A stretch of DNA of 58,039 bases from Bradyrhizobium sp. (GTDB lineage Bacteria; Pseudomonadota; Alphaproteobacteria; Rhizobiales; Xanthobacteraceae): the NCBI GenBank assembly GCA_050726155.1, contig JBOHIT010000591.1, positions 1 to 58,039 of the forward strand, in the 5' to 3' direction. A model generated the notes under the pieces. That model saw only the letters and a program-made list of their open reading frames with translations. It had not been told where the DNA came from and ran no database searches. This document shows, one piece after another, positions 45,166-55,654 of this stretch. Positions within the stretch are counted from its first letter, which is position 1; every line of letters starts with the position of its first letter. Position numbers and translations under genes: made by a program.

Positions 45166-46653
45166 GTGACCAAACCCGCTATCCGTATCGCCGTGCTGCA
45201 TTTCGCCCACGAGACGGTCACGTTCCTGAAGAACGACACGACGCTTGACGACTTCCTCTATCCGGGATCGCCGGCCAGTGGCGAGGCGCTGCTCGGGGCA
45301 TATCCGAAATCCTATATGGGCGGTTTTGTTAAAATGGCGCGGGAGTTCGACGGCGTCGAACTGGTCGGTATCGAATCGCCGCTATGGCCCAGGACCGGCA
45401 TTGGATCGGGCTGGGTGACCGAGGAGGCCTTTGAAACCTTCGCAGGCAAAATGATTGCTGCGATCAAGGCCGAGGCGGCTTTCGATGGCGTCTACCTCTG
45501 CCTGCACGGCGCGATGGCGGTGCGCGGCGTGCCGAGGCCGGAGGCTGAACTGGCGCGGCGGGTCCGCGAGGCCGTCGGGGCGAAAGCATTTATCGCAGCG
45601 ACCTTCGACCTGCACGGCAACGAGGACGAAGCCTTCCTCAAGCACGCCGACATGGCCTTCGCGGTGAAATATTTCCCGCACTACGACGAGTATCTCCAAG
45701 GGGAACGCGCGGCGCGGACGCTGGTGCGGGCGATCCGGGGTGACTACAGGCCCACGCATGTGACCATCAAGGTGCCGGTCATCTCGCCCACGGTGTTGCA
45801 GTGGACCGGCGCTTCGCCATGGATGGATCTGGGGCAGCGTGCCCTGACCTGGGAAGCGCGCGAGCCGGACACGTATGTGAACATCTTCTTCGGCTTTCCG
45901 TTTGCCGATGTGCCCGATGTCGGCATGACGGTTCAGGTGCTGACCAATGCAAATCCCAAACTGGCCGAACAGGTCGGTCGCGATCTCGCAGCGACGATCT
46001 GGCGTCAGCGCGAGGCGCTGCTGAAATCGACCCGGATACGCAGCATTGCGGAAGGGGTCGCGCTGGCAAAGCAGGCCGTGGCTGCTGGCGCGACGCCGGT
46101 CGTGCTGGCCGATCACAGCGACCGCTCGGGCAGTGCGACCTGGGTGCTGCGCGAGATCATCGCGCAAGACCTTGCCAACACCTTGATCGCAACGATCACC
46201 GACGCCAGGACCACCGCCGGACTCAAGGCGATCGGCGCGAAGGAGGGCGACGCGTTCGACATGGAAGTGGGCGGGCTGGTCGATGAATCCGCGGGCGAGC
46301 CGGTGCGTATTCAGGGAACGATCCTCAGGGCGGTCGAGGGGGACGGCCAATTCTGGGTCTGCGTCCGGTTCGGCCGTAACAATGTGCTGATCCTCTCCAC
46401 CTATCTGGTGCAGGTCATGGAGCCGTTCTCGCTGAAGGCCCTGGGACTCGACCTCAATTCCTTCGAAGTAATGGCGATCAAGTCGCGGGTGCATTTCCGG
46501 CGCGGTTTCGACGACAACGGTTTTGCCAAGACGATTCTGCTGGTCGAACCGGAGCAGCCGTTTTTGGGAACCACGAAGCTGGATGGGCTAGCGTATAAGA
46601 ATGTCGATCTCTCGCAATTCTATCCCTACGGCAGCCCGGTGTTTTCGGTTTGA
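45166..46653 (+). CDS. M81-family metallopeptidase (MlrC-like)
   Basis: HETVTF, LHGAM, DLHGN, FPHYD, LADHSD, KSRVHFR. Confidence 0.88.
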   Translation: MTKPAIRIAVLHFAHETVTFLKNDTTLDDFLYPGSPASGEALLGAYPKSYMGGFVKMAREFDGVELVGIESPLWPRTGIGSGWVTEEAFETFAGKMIAAIKAEAAFDGVYLCLHGAMAVRGVPRPEAELARRVREAVGAKAFIAATFDLHGNEDEAFLKHADMAFAVKYFPHYDEYLQGERAARTLVRAIRGDYRPTHVTIKVPVISPTVLQWTGASPWMDLGQRALTWEAREPDTYVNIFFGFPFADVPDVGMTVQVLTNANPKLAEQVGRDLAATIWRQREALLKSTRIRSIAEGVALAKQAVAAGATPVVLADHSDRSGSATWVLREIIAQDLANTLIATITDARTTAGLKAIGAKEGDAFDMEVGGLVDESAGEPVRIQGTILRAVEGDGQFWVCVRFGRNNVLILSTYLVQVMEPFSLKALGLDLNSFEVMAIKSRVHFRRGFDDNGFAKTILLVEPEQPFLGTTKLDGLAYKNVDLSQFYPYGSPVFSV

Positions 46654-46668
46654 GATGATCGAGTGAAT

Positions 46669-47688
46669 GTCATGACAGGACGATATCGGCTGATCGGATC
46701 GACGGCGTCGCCTTACGCCATCAAGCTGCGTGCGCTGATGCGGTATCGCCGGATTCCCTTTGATTGGGTCATCATGACCAAGGCGCTGCGCAAGGCGACC
46801 GAGCACCTGCGCCCGAACCTGATCCCGGTGCTGCAATATCCCGATGGCACGTTTCGTGGCGAGACCACGACGCTGGCCTACGATCTGGAGCGCCGTCACC
46901 AGGAGCGGTCCGTCATCCCCGACGACAAGGCCGTCGCATTCGTCTGCGACTTGCTGGAAGACCTCGCCGACGAATGGGCGGTCAAGCCGCTGTTCCTTTA
47001 TCGCTGGTGGGATCCCGAGGATCAGGCCTATGTCTCGCGCTGGGCCGGCGAGGAGTGGTCGGTGTCGGAGGCCGCGACCGGCAGCGCTGAAGAGATCGAG
47101 CAGTTCCGCCAGCGGCAGATTTCACGCATGGTCATTCTCGGCGCGACGGCGGAAAACAAGCCGCTGCTCGAGGAGAGCTACTTGCGAATGCTTTCGGCGT
47201 TCGAGCCGCATGTCGGCATGACCAGCTATCTGTTCGGCAGCCGTCCGTCGCTCGCCGATTTCGCCTGGTTTGGCCAGCTCAGCGAGATGGCAACCGATCC
47301 GACGCCGATGCGGATCATGCGCAAGAAGGCACCGTTCACGGATCACTGGGTGCGGCGGCTGGACGACGCTTCCGGCGTCGAGGGCAACTGGTACCTGCGC
47401 GAGCAGGCGCTCGGCGGAATGGCCAAAGCGCTGTTGAGGATTGCCGGCGAGCTTTACTTGCCGTTCCTGGTCGCAAACGCGGAAGCCTTCGCGAAAGGCG
47501 TGGAGCGGCTGGAGATCAATGTCTGGGACCTGCCTTATGCGCTGGCGCCATTCAAATATCAGGTGAAGTGCCTGCAGCAGCTCCGTGACAAATTCGCTGC
47601 GCTCGCTGCGGAAGATCGTGCAGCGTTGCGGCCGGTGCTGGAGCGCACCGGTTGCTGGCCGCACTTGGTTGCTTCCTGCGAAGCTTAG
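46669..47688 (+). CDS. glutathione S-transferase-like protein
   Basis: SPYAIKLRALMRYRRIP, LIPVLQ, YLFGSRPSLADFAWFGQL. Confidence 0.85.
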   Translation, partial: VMTGRYRLIGSTASPYAIKLRALMRYRRIPFDWVIMTKALRKATEHLRPNLIPVLQYPDGTFRGETTTLAYDLERRHQERSVIPDDKAVAFVCDLLEDLADEWAVKPLFLYRWWDPEDQAYVSRWAGEEWSVSEAATGSAEEIEQFRQRQISRMVILGATAENKPLLEESYLRMLSAFEPHVGMTSYLFGSRPSLADFAWFGQLSEMATDPTPMRIMRKKAPFTDHWVRRLDDASGVEGNWYLREQALGGMAKALLRIAGELYLPFLVANAEAFAKGVERLEINVWDLPYALAPFKYQVKCLQQLRDKFAALAAEDRAALRPVLERTGCWPHLVASCEA

Positions 47689-47978
47689 TCTTTGGGAAAA
47701 TCCTTGCGCATCGCGATCTCAGCGGCGTCGCCGGGTGACAGCACATTGCCGTCAAACGCCGGCTGGCGCTCGGTCACGATGTCGTAGAGCGAAATCTGCT
47801 TGATCGGTTTTGCCAGCAATTCCCGGATGCAGCCTGCCAGGGTTCCGTTGTAAACGAGATACGGCGTCTTGCTGGCGACCCTCTCGTTTTTCAGCGAGGG
47901 CCACTTCTTCAGGTCGGCAGGCGCGTCATACGCGATCGGTTGGCTTTCTCTGAACATGCCCCGGTCCCGGCGTTTCAA
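47685..47978 (-). CDS. small hypothetical protein (start may be 47957)
   Basis: Natural composition (YDAPADLKKWPSL..GTLAGCIRE..LYDIVT). Confidence 0.65.
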   Translation of the reverse strand: MKRRDRGMFRESQPIAYDAPADLKKWPSLKNERVASKTPYLVYNGTLAGCIRELLAKPIKQISLYDIVTERQPAFDGNVLSPGDAAEIAMRKDFPKD

Positions 47979-48035
47979 CCATCGGACAGGGTAGCCAATC
48001 CTGGTAAACAGATTGAAAACACCGGCCGGCTGGGC

Positions 48036-48665
48036 TCATTTCCGGTGCCGGCTGCCCAGCGCGGCTGCGATCGAGTCGGGATTCTTGATGCGCTCGATCA
48101 GCAAGTCGATCCGGTCGCCACCCCAGAACAATTCACCGTTGAAGACCATGGTCGGGACGCCGAATACGCCGAGCTCTTCCGCCTCGTCGATGATGCGATC
48201 ATGCTCGGCACGGGCGGCGCCGTGGACATAGGCTTCGAATTCCTCGGCAGAACCGCCGACCGAGGCAATCACGCCTGAAATATCCGACAGCTGGTCGATT
48301 TCGAGGTCGTGGCTCCAGAAGCGCCGGAACACCGTGTCGTGGTAGGGCCGGAACAGGCCATGACGTTGTGCGAACAGCATGCCGGCGCTGGCATAGTAGG
48401 CGTCATAGATGCGCCGCGGCCCCTTCATGGTGAGGCCCTGTGCATTGGCATAGCGCCGCGCGTCCATATAGAGGTAGCGCACCTTGCGCCAGAAATGCGG
48501 TGTGCGCTCTTCGACGCTGCCCATGAATTCGGCGACGCGAAGCGTATAGGGCAGCCATTCCAGCTCGACGCCGTAGGTTTCCTCGAGTTCGAACAGCCGT
48601 TTGTTGGCGACGAACGCGTAGGGGCTCTTGTAGTCGGTGTAGATTCGCAACCGCGGTTTCGCCAT
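48036..48665 (-). CDS. DsbA/kappa-GST family protein (2-hydroxychromene-2-carboxylate isomerase-like)
   Basis: DYKSPYAF, GVFGVPT, GELFWGGDRID. Confidence 0.88.
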   Translation of the reverse strand: MAKPRLRIYTDYKSPYAFVANKRLFELEETYGVELEWLPYTLRVAEFMGSVEERTPHFWRKVRYLYMDARRYANAQGLTMKGPRRIYDAYYASAGMLFAQRHGLFRPYHDTVFRRFWSHDLEIDQLSDISGVIASVGGSAEEFEAYVHGAARAEHDRIIDEAEELGVFGVPTMVFNGELFWGGDRIDLLIERIKNPDSIAAALGSRHRK

Positions 48666-49274
48666 CGGCATTCCCTGTCCTGATCGGTCAATTGTTTCCG
48701 GTCCGGACGACGGACGCAATCTGTGGGGCGTCATTCCGCAGAGGGCTCATCGATTTGCGGTTTTCGCCGAACCAAACGAATGGGCCCCGGTGCACTGCGG
48801 CATCGCGGGGCCCTACATCTTCGTTATAGGCGAAGGATTTCTGATAGACATCAGTGCATTCTCAGAACCGATAAGCGCGTGGCCTTTGCGTTTCGATCCC
48901 GTGGATAGTTCTGGATTTTTAGAACGGCGCAACGAGGCAAGCAGCTGCTGTTCACCCAATTTGCGTCGAGACCTTGCCGTTGAGCAAGGTCACTGGCTTA
49001 GCCGGTGGCGTCATGCTCCTCTCCAAGAGTGGGCCTCACGGACATACATCCGCGTCCGCTGCTTGCAGTCCGATCACATGATCGGTCGCTAATATCCGCG
49101 AGGCGGGGAGCCGAATGCTCCGCTACCCCGACAGGTGCAGCAGTCGAAATGCTGCGGCAGATATCGTCAGGTGTCAAGTAAAGCTGTGCGAAAACTGCGC
49201 CTGGGTTCCCGCGCATAATCCCGCCACAGGGCAGAAGAGAGCGGTTCCGATGCCCGACCGGAAACGGATCAATG

Positions 49275-51185
49275 TCACGCTTGGGTCTGGCGATACTTGC
49301 TCAAATCCGGATCGTGAGTCATTGCCCAGTAATCGACGAAGCGCCACGGCATCGCCGAAAACACCCGGCCCTGTTCGTTGCGATAGTAGGTCGTCATGCC
49401 CGGATGCGACCAGATCAACTGCTCATGTTCGGCATCGACCTTCTCGATGTATTGATCGTGCGCGTCCTGGCGGACATCGATGGCGGCGACGCCACGCTCG
49501 ATCATCTCGACCAGGCAGGCGCTGATGTAACGGCTCTGGCACTCCGACTGGAAGATCACGCTGCCGCCATGCGCGGGGCCGGTGTTCGGTCCGAGCATTA
49601 CGAAGAGGTTTGGAAAATCCGGCACGGTCAACCCGAGATAGGCCGTCGGGTTGTCGTTGGCCCAGGCTTGTCGGAGATCCCTGCCGTCACGCCCGGTGAT
49701 GTTGAGGCGCGCCGCCATCTCGGTGACCTTGAAGCCGGTCGAGATTACGATGATGTCGGCGGTACGCGATTTGCCGTCCGAGGCCACAACACCGTCGGCT
49801 GTGAAATGGTCGATCTTGTCGGTGACCAGCTCGACATTCGGCCTGGTCAGGGTCTTGAACCAGTTATTATCCAGCAAAATGCGCTTGCCGTAGGGCGGGT
49901 AGGTCGGCACGCATTTCTCGATCAGGTCGGGGCGATCTTTCAGCTCGGAAAGGATAAAGTCCGTGAGCTCCTCGCGATGGCGGTCGTTGCCCTTGTTCAC
50001 GGCGCGGTCGGGATGCGGCCAGTTCGGATCCTTGCGCAGGAACGGCAGCAGCCCGTCGCCGTAGCGCCAGAACATGTTGAAGCGGTACCACTGCACATAA
50101 AACGGCAGATGCGCGAGCAGCCATTGCGCGCCGTCGCTGATCGGGTCGGAATAGCCGGCAACCGGCCGCGACCATTGCGCGGTGCGTTGATAGACGGTCA
50201 ATGACGCCACCTTGTCGGCGATCGACGGCACCAGCTGCATCGCGGTGGCGCCGGTGCCGATGACGGCGACATGCTTGCCCTCGAACTTGACGTCGTCTGA
50301 CCACAACGCCGAGTGCAGGGTCTGTCCATTGAAGTTTTCGTCACCTTTGAAATGCGCAGGCGAGGGATCATTGAGTTGCCCGATCGCACTCACGAGCGTG
50401 GTCGATTCAAAGGTTTCCTCGCCATCGGCCGTCTTCAGCGTCGAAATCCAGCGCCGCCTGGTCTCATCCCAGCGCGAGGATTTCAGCTCGGTGTTGAGCC
50501 GCAGATGCTTGCGGATGTCATATTCGAGCGCGACTTTCTTGAGGTAGTCGAGCAACTCCTGGCGCTGGGCGAAATAGCGCGTCCATGGATTTCGCGCGCC
50601 GAACGAGAAGGAATAGGAGTGGTTCGGCGTATCGACGCCGCAGCCGGGATAGCGATTGACATACCAGGTGCCGCCGAGTTCGGCGTTCTTCTCGACGATG
50701 GTGTAGGGGATGCCGAGCCGGCCAAGCGCGACGCCAAGCGCGATCGCGCAGACACCGGCGCCGACGATCAGGACATGCTGTTGCGCCAGCGTTTCACCGG
50801 AGGGAGGCTTGGACCAACTGATGTCGCGGGGGATGAAAGCCATTTCCTCGCGCATCAGCGGCGCGTATTCGGGGGTGACGTTCTCGCCGAGCGTCGCGCG
50901 CATCATCTTCAGCATCATTTCGTCGCCGGGGTCTTTGATGACGGGCTTCGGCTCGCCGTTCTCGAACAGCTTGACGACCGCGGCGCGGATTTCATCCTGC
51001 ACTTCGCGGGGCAGGCCGGCCTCGGGATCGGGAATCAGGCGAACGTCGCGCCGTGGCTTGTAGGGTGGCTCCAGCCAGCGTTCGTCGCCGGTCATGTGCA
51101 CCAGCACCATCAGCAGCACGCGGATGTCGCCCTCGGCGATCGCGGAAGCAAGATCGAGTTTCTGGCGCGGCGTTTCGATGTTCAT
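49275..51185 (-). CDS. Baeyer-Villiger monooxygenase with N-terminal extension (4-hydroxyacetophenone monooxygenase-like)
   Basis: GGTWYVNRYPGCGVD; BVMO fingerprint FNGQTLHSALW; IGTGATAMQ; start re-set to MNIET behind GAGG. Confidence 0.9.
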   Translation of the reverse strand: MNIETPRQKLDLASAIAEGDIRVLLMVLVHMTGDERWLEPPYKPRRDVRLIPDPEAGLPREVQDEIRAAVVKLFENGEPKPVIKDPGDEMMLKMMRATLGENVTPEYAPLMREEMAFIPRDISWSKPPSGETLAQQHVLIVGAGVCAIALGVALGRLGIPYTIVEKNAELGGTWYVNRYPGCGVDTPNHSYSFSFGARNPWTRYFAQRQELLDYLKKVALEYDIRKHLRLNTELKSSRWDETRRRWISTLKTADGEETFESTTLVSAIGQLNDPSPAHFKGDENFNGQTLHSALWSDDVKFEGKHVAVIGTGATAMQLVPSIADKVASLTVYQRTAQWSRPVAGYSDPISDGAQWLLAHLPFYVQWYRFNMFWRYGDGLLPFLRKDPNWPHPDRAVNKGNDRHREELTDFILSELKDRPDLIEKCVPTYPPYGKRILLDNNWFKTLTRPNVELVTDKIDHFTADGVVASDGKSRTADIIVISTGFKVTEMAARLNITGRDGRDLRQAWANDNPTAYLGLTVPDFPNLFVMLGPNTGPAHGGSVIFQSECQSRYISACLVEMIERGVAAIDVRQDAHDQYIEKVDAEHEQLIWSHPGMTTYYRNEQGRVFSAMPWRFVDYWAMTHDPDLSKYRQTQA

Positions 51186-51198
51186 GCTGGTGTCCTCG

Positions 51199-51972
51199 CT
51201 ATGCGCCCGGGGCTTCGCGCAGGCCGCCATAGGCGGCCCAACTGGTGCCCGCGATGTAGCCGGCATCGACAGGAAGGTTGATGCCGGTGACGCCGCTGCT
51301 CATCGGCGAGAGCAGCCACGCAATTGCCTGCGCCACCTCGATCGGCTCGACCAGCCGGTTCATCGCCGTCGGGCTTTCGAGCAGGTGCTTGTTCAGCGCG
51401 CCCGAGGCAATGCCGGCTTCGAGCGCCACGGTGCGGGTGAAGCCGGGCGAGACGGCATTGACGCGCACGCCGGTGCGGCCCCATTCGGCGGCCAGCGTCT
51501 GCGTGATCTGAATGACGCCGGCTTTCGCTGCCGTATAGGCGTGGATCGGGCCGGACGTCATGCCCGCAACCGAGGCGACATTGACGATGGCCCCATGGCG
51601 GCGCTCCGCCATTTTGACACCGACGCTGCGGGCGACCAGGAAGGTGCCGCGCAGATCGATGTTGACCTCGCGGTCCCATTGATCCATCCGCACGCGCTCG
51701 ATGGGATGCATCTTGCCGAACACGCCGGCGGCATTGACGAGGCCGGTGATCGGGCCGTGCGCGGCCTCGATATCGGCGATGCCGCTGACGACGGCGCTCT
51801 CGCTGGCGACATCGAACGGGGCGGGCCACAGGATGGTCTTGGTCGCTGCAAGCGGCTCCGGGACGATGTCGACGATCACGACGCGCTGGCCTTGCTCGGC
51901 CAGAAGCGTCGCGGTCGCTGCACCAATGCCGCGGCTGCCGCCGGTGACGAGTACAATGCCTTTATCGCTCAT
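51199..51972 (-). CDS. short-chain dehydrogenase/reductase
   Basis: TGGSRGIG, VNAAG, YTAAK, VNAVSPG. Confidence 0.92.
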   Translation of the reverse strand: MSDKGIVLVTGGSRGIGAATATLLAEQGQRVVIVDIVPEPLAATKTILWPAPFDVASESAVVSGIADIEAAHGPITGLVNAAGVFGKMHPIERVRMDQWDREVNIDLRGTFLVARSVGVKMAERRHGAIVNVASVAGMTSGPIHAYTAAKAGVIQITQTLAAEWGRTGVRVNAVSPGFTRTVALEAGIASGALNKHLLESPTAMNRLVEPIEVAQAIAWLLSPMSSGVTGINLPVDAGYIAGTSWAAYGGLREAPGA

Positions 51973-52621
51973 GGTCGTTGCCTTTATCGGGAGCACAGAA
52001 GAGTCCGCGCGTGACCAGCTTCTGGTAGGCGGAGATGACATGATCGGGCACGGCCGTGACCGCGCCGCCGGCGTAGGAATACCGCCGGCTGAGATAGCCC
52101 CGCGCGCCCATCAGCATTTGAACGATCGCTTCGAATTCCTCGTCGCTGTAGCTGTCGACCGTACCGGCCAGCCGCGCCCGCTTCAGGATCCGGACATAGG
52201 CCGTCGAAATATTGTCAAAGTGCTTCTGGTAGCCGATCGGCGCAAAGAACTCGGCCTCGTTGAGGATGCGCAAAAATTCCGGCACCTCGCGGATGAAGTC
52301 GAAGAACGCGCTGAAGCGCTCGATTTCCTGCCGCGCCGTTTGCGCCGTGCCGGTGCGCGCGCGGATGAAACGCACCATGTCGATGCCGATTTTGGGCAGC
52401 AATTGATCGAGCAGTTCCTGGCGGTTTTCGAAGTGATTGTAGAAGGTGCCCTGGGCTACTCCGGCTTCCTCGGTGATGCGGGCGACGGAGGCTTCGGCAT
52501 AGCCGTATTTGCCGACGATCTTGGTCGCGGCATCGAATATCCTGCGCTTGGTCCAGGCATTGCGCTCGACGCGATTCAACTTGGTGACCTTGCCGGATTT
52601 GGCCGGCGTTGCCTGCGTCAT
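51962..52621 (-). CDS. TetR/AcrR-family regulator
   Basis: GYAEASVARITEEAGVAQGTFYNHF HTH; start re-set to MTQAT, overlapping the ligase stop. Confidence 0.92.
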   Translation of the reverse strand: MTQATPAKSGKVTKLNRVERNAWTKRRIFDAATKIVGKYGYAEASVARITEEAGVAQGTFYNHFENRQELLDQLLPKIGIDMVRFIRARTGTAQTARQEIERFSAFFDFIREVPEFLRILNEAEFFAPIGYQKHFDNISTAYVRILKRARLAGTVDSYSDEEFEAIVQMLMGARGYLSRRYSYAGGAVTAVPDHVISAYQKLVTRGLFCAPDKGNDHER

Positions 52622-54114
52622 GCGTGAGCCTCCAGTTCGGCGCGCAGCACGCGCTTGAGTACCTTGCCGGATGGATTGCGCGGCAGGCTGTCGCGGATGA
52701 TCAACTGCTTCGGCACCTTGAAGCCGGCGAGCCGCGCGCGGCAATGATCGGTCAGGGCAGGCAGCTCCAGTGCCGTGCCTTCGCCCAGCACCACGATCGC
52801 AACAGGCTTTTCGCCCCAGCGCGCGTCGGGCATGCCGATGACGGCGCATTCGCGCACCTGCGGCAATTCGTAGATGACGCGCTCGACTTCGGAAGACGCG
52901 ATATTCTCGCCGCCGGAGATGATCATGTCCTTCTTGCGGTCGGTGAGGTAGAGGAAGCCGTCCTCGTCGAGATAGCCGACATCGCCGGTGCGGAACCAAT
53001 CGCCGAAGAAAGCGGCTGCGGTCTTTTCCGGATCTTTCCAGTAGCCTTGCGTGACCTTGGGCCCACGCAGGCAGATTTCGCCGTTCGCGCCGGGCGGAAG
53101 ACGGTTGCCGGAATCGTCGCGGATCTCGAGTTCGACATGGGCGATGGCGCGGCCGGTCGATCCGATCTTGTCGATCTCACGGCCGGCCTCCATGAAGGTG
53201 TCGCCGCCGCAGGTTTCCGTCAGCCCATAGGCATCGATATAGCGGGCATGTTTGAAGTATTCGGAGAAGCTGCGGATACGGGCTTCCGGCGTCTTCTCGC
53301 CGCCGCCGATCGCCCATTGCAGGCTGGAGACGTCGTAGCGGTCGCGCGCCGGGCAAATGAGCATCGCCGTGGTCATCACGGGCGCGAACCAGGCCGCGTT
53401 CAGCTGCTCGGCTGCGATCGACGCCAGCGCCTGCTCAGGTTCGAAGTTGCGGTGGATCGACAGCATGCCGCCGTGCCACAGCACGGCAATCCCCGGCAGA
53501 TCGAGCGCGCCGACGTGATAGAGCGGGCCGACCACCAGCAACCGCGTCCCGGCATTCAATCCCAGCACCAAGGTCTGGTCGGCCGATTTCCAGTAGATGT
53601 TCTCATAGGTGAGCATCACACCCTTGGGCCGGTCGGTGGTGCCTGACGTGTACATCAGCCGCATCAGGTCGCGCGGCCCAAGCGGATGCATCGGGGCGGG
53701 AGTGACATCAGGTGCGAGTTGCGAGATGCCGGATTGCGCGGCCTCGTCGAGCAGCAACACCGGCGCGTCGCCTGCCGCGATGTCCGCCAGTTCTTCATCC
53801 GCGATCAGGATGCGCGCGCCGGAATTGCCGACGATGTAGCTGATTTCGTCGGCCGACAGCCGGTAATTGATCGGCAAAAACACCGCGCCGATGTGGCTGG
53901 TTGCAAATACGAGTTCGAGAAACGCGGTGCTGTTCTTCATCAGCACCGCAACGACATCGCCGGCGCCGATGCCGCGCGAGGCGAGCCATCCGCCAACCCG
54001 GGCGATGCGACGGTCGAACTCGGCATAGGAGATATCTTCGCCGCGGTATTTCAGCGCACAGCGATCCGGCGTTCGCTTGGCATGAAAAGCAATGAAGCTC
54101 GAAAGATTGATCAT
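52618..54114 (-). CDS. acyl-CoA synthetase / AMP-binding enzyme
   Basis: YTSGTTDRPKG, YGLTE, FRTGD, DRKKDMIISGGENI, SGKVLK. Confidence 0.93.
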   Translation of the reverse strand: MINLSSFIAFHAKRTPDRCALKYRGEDISYAEFDRRIARVGGWLASRGIGAGDVVAVLMKNSTAFLELVFATSHIGAVFLPINYRLSADEISYIVGNSGARILIADEELADIAAGDAPVLLLDEAAQSGISQLAPDVTPAPMHPLGPRDLMRLMYTSGTTDRPKGVMLTYENIYWKSADQTLVLGLNAGTRLLVVGPLYHVGALDLPGIAVLWHGGMLSIHRNFEPEQALASIAAEQLNAAWFAPVMTTAMLICPARDRYDVSSLQWAIGGGEKTPEARIRSFSEYFKHARYIDAYGLTETCGGDTFMEAGREIDKIGSTGRAIAHVELEIRDDSGNRLPPGANGEICLRGPKVTQGYWKDPEKTAAAFFGDWFRTGDVGYLDEDGFLYLTDRKKDMIISGGENIASSEVERVIYELPQVRECAVIGMPDARWGEKPVAIVVLGEGTALELPALTDHCRARLAGFKVPKQLIIRDSLPRNPSGKVLKRVLRAELEAHA

Positions 54115-54155
54115 TTCTCGGCTCAAAAGGCCCGTTTCGGGCCTGATCTCCCGTT

Positions 54156-54182
54156 AGATGAATTATGAGTCGTAATTCATCT
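54156..54182. promoter_or_regulatory. palindromic operator, probably bound by the TetR regulator
   Basis: AGATGAATTA-TGAGTCG-TAATTCATCT has perfect 10-bp arms and lies in the divergent intergenic region. Confidence 0.7.
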
Positions 54183-54296
54183 TTGGCTTGACGTCACCCC
54201 CCTTGCTCTGAAATCCTTGTGAGCACGGAGGCGACACGATCTCCGGCAGGGATTTGGGCAGGAAACTGGGAACGCAAACCCGAGAGGGAGGGAATA

Positions 54297-55556
54297 ATGA
54301 CGAGAACCCGCAAACCGGGCATCAGCCGCCGTTCAACGTTGGCGTTGATGGGTGCCGGTGCCGTGACCTTCGCGACGCCATGGGTGGCGCGGGCGCAGGC
54401 CAAGACCATCAAAATCGGCATGCCGACCATTCTATCCGGCCGCGTGGCGCAGCTCGGCACCTCGTCGCGCAACGCCGTGATGCTGGAAGTCGAGAAGGTC
54501 AATGCCGCCGGCGGCCTGGCCGGACGGCAAATCGAGATGGTGATCCGCGACTCCAAGGGACAGCCGCAGGAAGCCGCCCGCGTCGCGCGCGAACTGGTCA
54601 ACACCGACGGCTGCGAACTCCTGATCGACGCCGAGGCTTCGTCGGGCGCGTTCGCCGTCCACGAAGTCGCACGCGACCTCGGTGTGCTCTGCATTCACAC
54701 CAATTCGGAAACCTCGGCGCTGACGGCCGATCCGAAGCAGCACATTCCCAATGCATTCCGCACCGCGCGCCAGGGCGTGCATGACTCGATTGTCGGCGGC
54801 AGCTATGCGGCGGCGATATCGAAGGCAAAAGGCCTGAAGAAATGGGCCACCTGCGCGCCGGACTACGCCTACGGCCGTGACACGACAGGTGAGTTCACGT
54901 TGTACCTGAAACGCTTCGCGCCGGATGTCGAGATCATCAGCGAGTCCTGGCCGAAGCTGTTCCAGCCTGATTACACCGAAGTCGTCACCAAGATACTGCA
55001 GGCGAAACCGCAGGCGCTGTATTCCTGCCTGTGGGGCGGCGATCTGACGTCTTACATCGATCAGGCCAACATCTACGCGATGTTCAGCCAGATGGAGGTG
55101 TTCGCGGTCAACATGGCCGACTACACCGCGCTGACCGTGGTGAAGAACCTGCCGAAGGGCATTCATTCGGGTAATCGCTACATCAAGACCTATCCGGCTA
55201 CCGCGGAGAACGCTGCCTGGGGCGATGCCTACAAGGCAAAATTCAACGAGTATCCGACCAACTGGTCGTGGGAGAACGCCACCGCCGTGATGTTGCTCGC
55301 CGAAGCCTCGAAGAAGGCGAATTCCGCCGACGGCAAGAAGATTGCCGAGGCCATGCGCGGGCTCAAGATCAAGTCGCCGTTCGGCGCCGACGGCACCGTG
55401 ACGATGCGGGCCGAAGACCAGACCCTGATCGGCTATGCGATCGGCTGGGGAACGACGATCCCGCAGGAACCCTACGTGCCGGAGGTCAAGCCGGGCGACT
55501 GGAAGACCATTCTCGAACTCGAAGCCGAGTGGAAGAAGAGCAAGGGCTACACCTGA
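54297..55556 (+). CDS. ABC transporter substrate-binding protein (Leu/Ile/Val-binding family; Tat signal)
   Basis: ISRRSTLALMGAG signal; VNAAGGLAGRQIE..RDSKGQP; PDYAYG. Confidence 0.9.
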   Translation: MTRTRKPGISRRSTLALMGAGAVTFATPWVARAQAKTIKIGMPTILSGRVAQLGTSSRNAVMLEVEKVNAAGGLAGRQIEMVIRDSKGQPQEAARVARELVNTDGCELLIDAEASSGAFAVHEVARDLGVLCIHTNSETSALTADPKQHIPNAFRTARQGVHDSIVGGSYAAAISKAKGLKKWATCAPDYAYGRDTTGEFTLYLKRFAPDVEIISESWPKLFQPDYTEVVTKILQAKPQALYSCLWGGDLTSYIDQANIYAMFSQMEVFAVNMADYTALTVVKNLPKGIHSGNRYIKTYPATAENAAWGDAYKAKFNEYPTNWSWENATAVMLLAEASKKANSADGKKIAEAMRGLKIKSPFGADGTVTMRAEDQTLIGYAIGWGTTIPQEPYVPEVKPGDWKTILELEAEWKKSKGYT

Positions 55557-55654
55557 CCGATCCGCGAAAACGGAGGCGGCGCAAGCCGTCTCCGTTCACC
55601 GTGCTATGGTTTTTCGCGCGCCGATCGTCCGGCACGCCGTAACGGATATTTCCC

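Noticed and set aside
48740..49270. Possible sRNA or small gene in the ~530-bp gap
   Set aside because: No convincing RBS-ORF, terminator or known RNA motif is visible by eye.
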